From the NCBI GenBank assembly GCA_050273025.1, contig CP158635.1, positions 15,996,001-16,060,000 of the forward strand: a DNA stretch of 64,000 bases, given 5' to 3'. Shown one piece after another: positions 61,201-64,000 of this stretch (position 1 is the first letter of the stretch; every line of letters begins with the position of its first letter). This DNA comes from Cenococcum geophilum (lineage: Eukaryota). A model generated the notes under the pieces. It was not told the DNA's origin, searched no databases, and was given only the letters and a program-made list of their open reading frames with translations. The position numbers were made by a program, and so were the translations under genes.

Positions 61201-64000
61201 CCGTTCTAGCTTAAGAACATATATTATACCTCCTAGTTAGTAGTCGTTATACTATACTCCTATACCTCCGTAAGGTAAGGCTTAAACTACTTAAGTACCC
61301 TTCCCGTTAAGAACAATCCTACGTAAGCGACTTAATCCATAGGCGTCCCTAGTTTAACTCCTTCCTATATAACCTTAAAGTGCATTTATATAAGGAATCC
61401 CTTAAGTTTTAACTTCTCCCCTAAGAATCGCTCTATTAAGGGTAACTTAACCTTAACTACTCCAATTCCATTAATCCTTTCTTTAAGTATCCTATTATTA
61501 TCTATTAATTAATTAACCATTTCTTATAGCTATCTAACGGTAACTAGCTAAAAGTTAGTATCTGCTATACTAGTATCGTTACCTAATCCCAAGGTAGTTG
61601 CTGCCGTTAACGCTATTATAGCTGCTGCTTTTAATAGCATATTATTTAACTTTTATTAATACCGTAATCTTAGTAGTAAATATATAATAAAGCCGTATAG
61701 CAGGAACTACGGTAGACTTATTAATAAGCTAGGTATATAGGTAAATAAAAAAGTCAACAACGTAATAATAACTAGTAGAGTGGTTGCCTAATAGATTAAC
61801 TCTAATTATATTCTAAGATTCACTATAAGGAAAGAACTATCTTAGTAGGAACTGTGGTTCTTTAAATATACAACCATATTCCTAAGAAATCCTCCTTATA
61901 CGTAATGTACGTAGGGTACATAAGGTACGTAAGTTCCTTACGTTCCTTTTATTTAGTACGTAGCATATTATATAACTTTAATTACTATTCCTTATCACAC
62001 GGCTCAATCGGTTCCATCTTAGACCGTGCCTATATTAACTAACTAGCTTCCTCTAACTCCTCTCCTAGTAGTCGTAACATCGTGCTTAAAGCGTCTGTAA
62101 CACTAGTTCTTCTCTAGAGGAGAACTAGCTCCCTATATAATCCTTTTAAGACGCTAATAAAACCCTTTACCCCTTATCTAACTATGTCTTTTAGGATGTA
62201 GATAGAATATAGATAAAACCTCTTACTATCTTATCTAATATGTACCTTCTAGGGGATTCTATTATAATTGCCTCCCCTTTAAGAGTTTTAGTCCTCTAAG
62301 ACTTCGCCTTTACTAAGCTTTTATAGAATTCCGGATAAAACTACTAGGGAGAATTCTTAGTAGAAAGGTACTCTATAATACGGCTTATAGCTAGTTCTTT
62401 ACTAGCATAGAACCTTACTTTATCTTTAGTTCCTCTACTCTTCTTCTACTATAGCTCTTTATAATGCCTTTATAATGGAACTGTAATAATAATAATAAAA
62501 ATTAGATGGGATTTACCTTTCTTATTATAAGAGTTTGTTATAAGTTAATCTAGAGGTTGTTTTATATAATGCGTCTACTAGCTACTATCCCTATTTACCT
62601 AAAATAGGTTCTAATAATAACGTTTTTATTTTTATTTTCTTTTAGTTTATAAGCTGTCGCCTCTTATATATCTTTTTATTAATAACACTATTTATCTTAT
62701 CTTTTAGTAGACTGTTTTTACTATATTTTAGCTTTTAGCTTCTATATCTCTAGCTATTCTTTTATAACTACTTTATTCTCTTTTTATAATACGCCTATAA
62801 GCAATAGGATCCCTATTTTATCTCTATTAATAATACTAACTTCCCGTAGTATTCTCTTATAATAGCTTATAGTTATACTACGCGTCCCTAAACCGGCGGT
62901 AGTGTTATTTTAGTGCTACCCTAGACTACCTCTATTGCTCCCGCGGTAATCTCTCTAAAGTACTACCGTTATTACGTTTACGCGCTTATATTAGACCTAT
63001 CCCACGCCTATAAGATGCCTTACTTCGGTAAAAATAAATTTAAGTATTTCTATTGCCGTAGTAGGAGAAAGACCTACGTTTTAGTATTTTCTATTCTATT
63101 CTATTCTAAATTTTACTAATTATATTAGATCCCCACTATTTATACGCGTAAGACTTATAAGCTTTATTACGCTATTTAGGATTTCCGCCTATATTTAAAT
63201 AGCGATAAATAGGGATAGAAGGTATCCACCTTTACTTATAGGCTCTTTAATTTAATAAGGGTTTTTACTACTATAGAGACGTAATAATCTTAGATATATA
63301 GTGTCTAAGAGCGTATATATAAGCAGCTTACCCTTATAAATAATAACATCCGCACTCTTACGCGGGCCTTTTTAGCTAGGTAAGTTTCTTTAGTAATACG
63401 TTTAGGAACTATACTAATTTTCTTAGCTAATGGCTTTTAGATCCCTGCTTAGATACTAATTTAGAGCCTAAGGATACTAAGGATAGCAACAAAAGTTAAA
63501 GTAAACGTTCTCCTCGCCGGTTTCCCGCCCGTACTAGTCCTTTTAGTTCCTATTATACTAAGAAGAATATTAGTAGAAATGCTAATACTTTTAGGAATAA
63601 AAGTGCTGATAATACTATTAATAATAACGTTAAGATAGAAGGGAGGCTCCTATTACTGCTGCTAGTATTTAAGTTATTATTTAGTTCTTTCCTTCTTTTT
63701 ATAAAATAGCTTTATATAGTGGTGCTTAGGTACCTCTAGGATACCCTATTATTAGGAATTAACTTTATACTTTAAGAATACCTTTATTTTAAGCTTCGGT
63801 AACAATTTATATAAAGGTAGTGCACTACTATAATCCCTATATATAATAAACGGGTAGTATTTCTATAAGTACTTTATAATTTCTTAAAAATTTTGATTCT
63901 TTATAGGCTGTCTTTTTACTCCTTTTTATACTATTAACTCTATTATATATCTCTAGTACTAAACCAGATACTCTCTTTTTATCCCTAAAGGGTCTTTCTA

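Larger units (their letters stand above)
23723..62102 (-). mobile_element. Ty3/Gypsy family 1, copy B, outermost host of the nest
   Basis: LTRs 23723-24142 and 61683-62102. TSD CTAGT at 23718-23722 and 62103-62107. Internal pieces 24143-24449, 40257-42428, 51327-52347 and 58266-61682 join collinearly with copies A and D. gag ATG 61640. Confidence 0.95.
9300..64000. other. AT-rich, RIP-degenerated transposon isochore
   Basis: Abrupt loss of long ORFs and strong TpA enrichment. Paralogous copies differ mostly by C>T/G>A at CpA/TpG and CpG. TGG/CAG/CAA codons are converted to TAG/TAA. Confidence 0.97.

Noticed and set aside
9300..64000. Alternative genetic code or stop-codon read-through to explain the many TAA/TAG
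   Set aside because: Stops differ between paralogous copies and map to CAA/CAG/TGG codons, the RIP pattern.
9300..64000. Starship giant element or a named TE family assignment
   Set aside because: No DUF3435 captain was recognisable, and family names cannot be assigned without a database search.

Overview
Filamentous-ascomycete DNA (probably Dothideomycete/Pleosporales, inferred from gene content and RIP style) spanning an isochore boundary. Bases 1 to ~9300 are GC-balanced and gene-dense: ATG17, RIO1, a COQ11-like atypical SDR, YAF9 and a CorA-like membrane-protein gene with three in-frame TAG stops, probably from RIP leakage. Bases ~9300-64000 are AT-rich and RIP-degenerated (TpA excess, TAA/TAG stops). 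They resolve, with matching target-site duplications (TSDs), into: six Ty3/Gypsy chromoviruses of three families (A 9604-18019; B 23723-62102 containing C 24450-40251, which contains D 25834-33629; B also contains E 42429-51321 and F 52348-58260), a DD34E Tc1-like transposon, a split 337-bp MITE, a 452-bp foldback element and a GCR1_C (Crypton-type) relic. The most striking unexplained structure is an antisense, intron-containing gene with a six-cysteine Zn-cluster-like motif downstream of pol in two dissimilar Gypsy families. Protein readings in the AT-rich part were de-RIPed by eye and are inferences.
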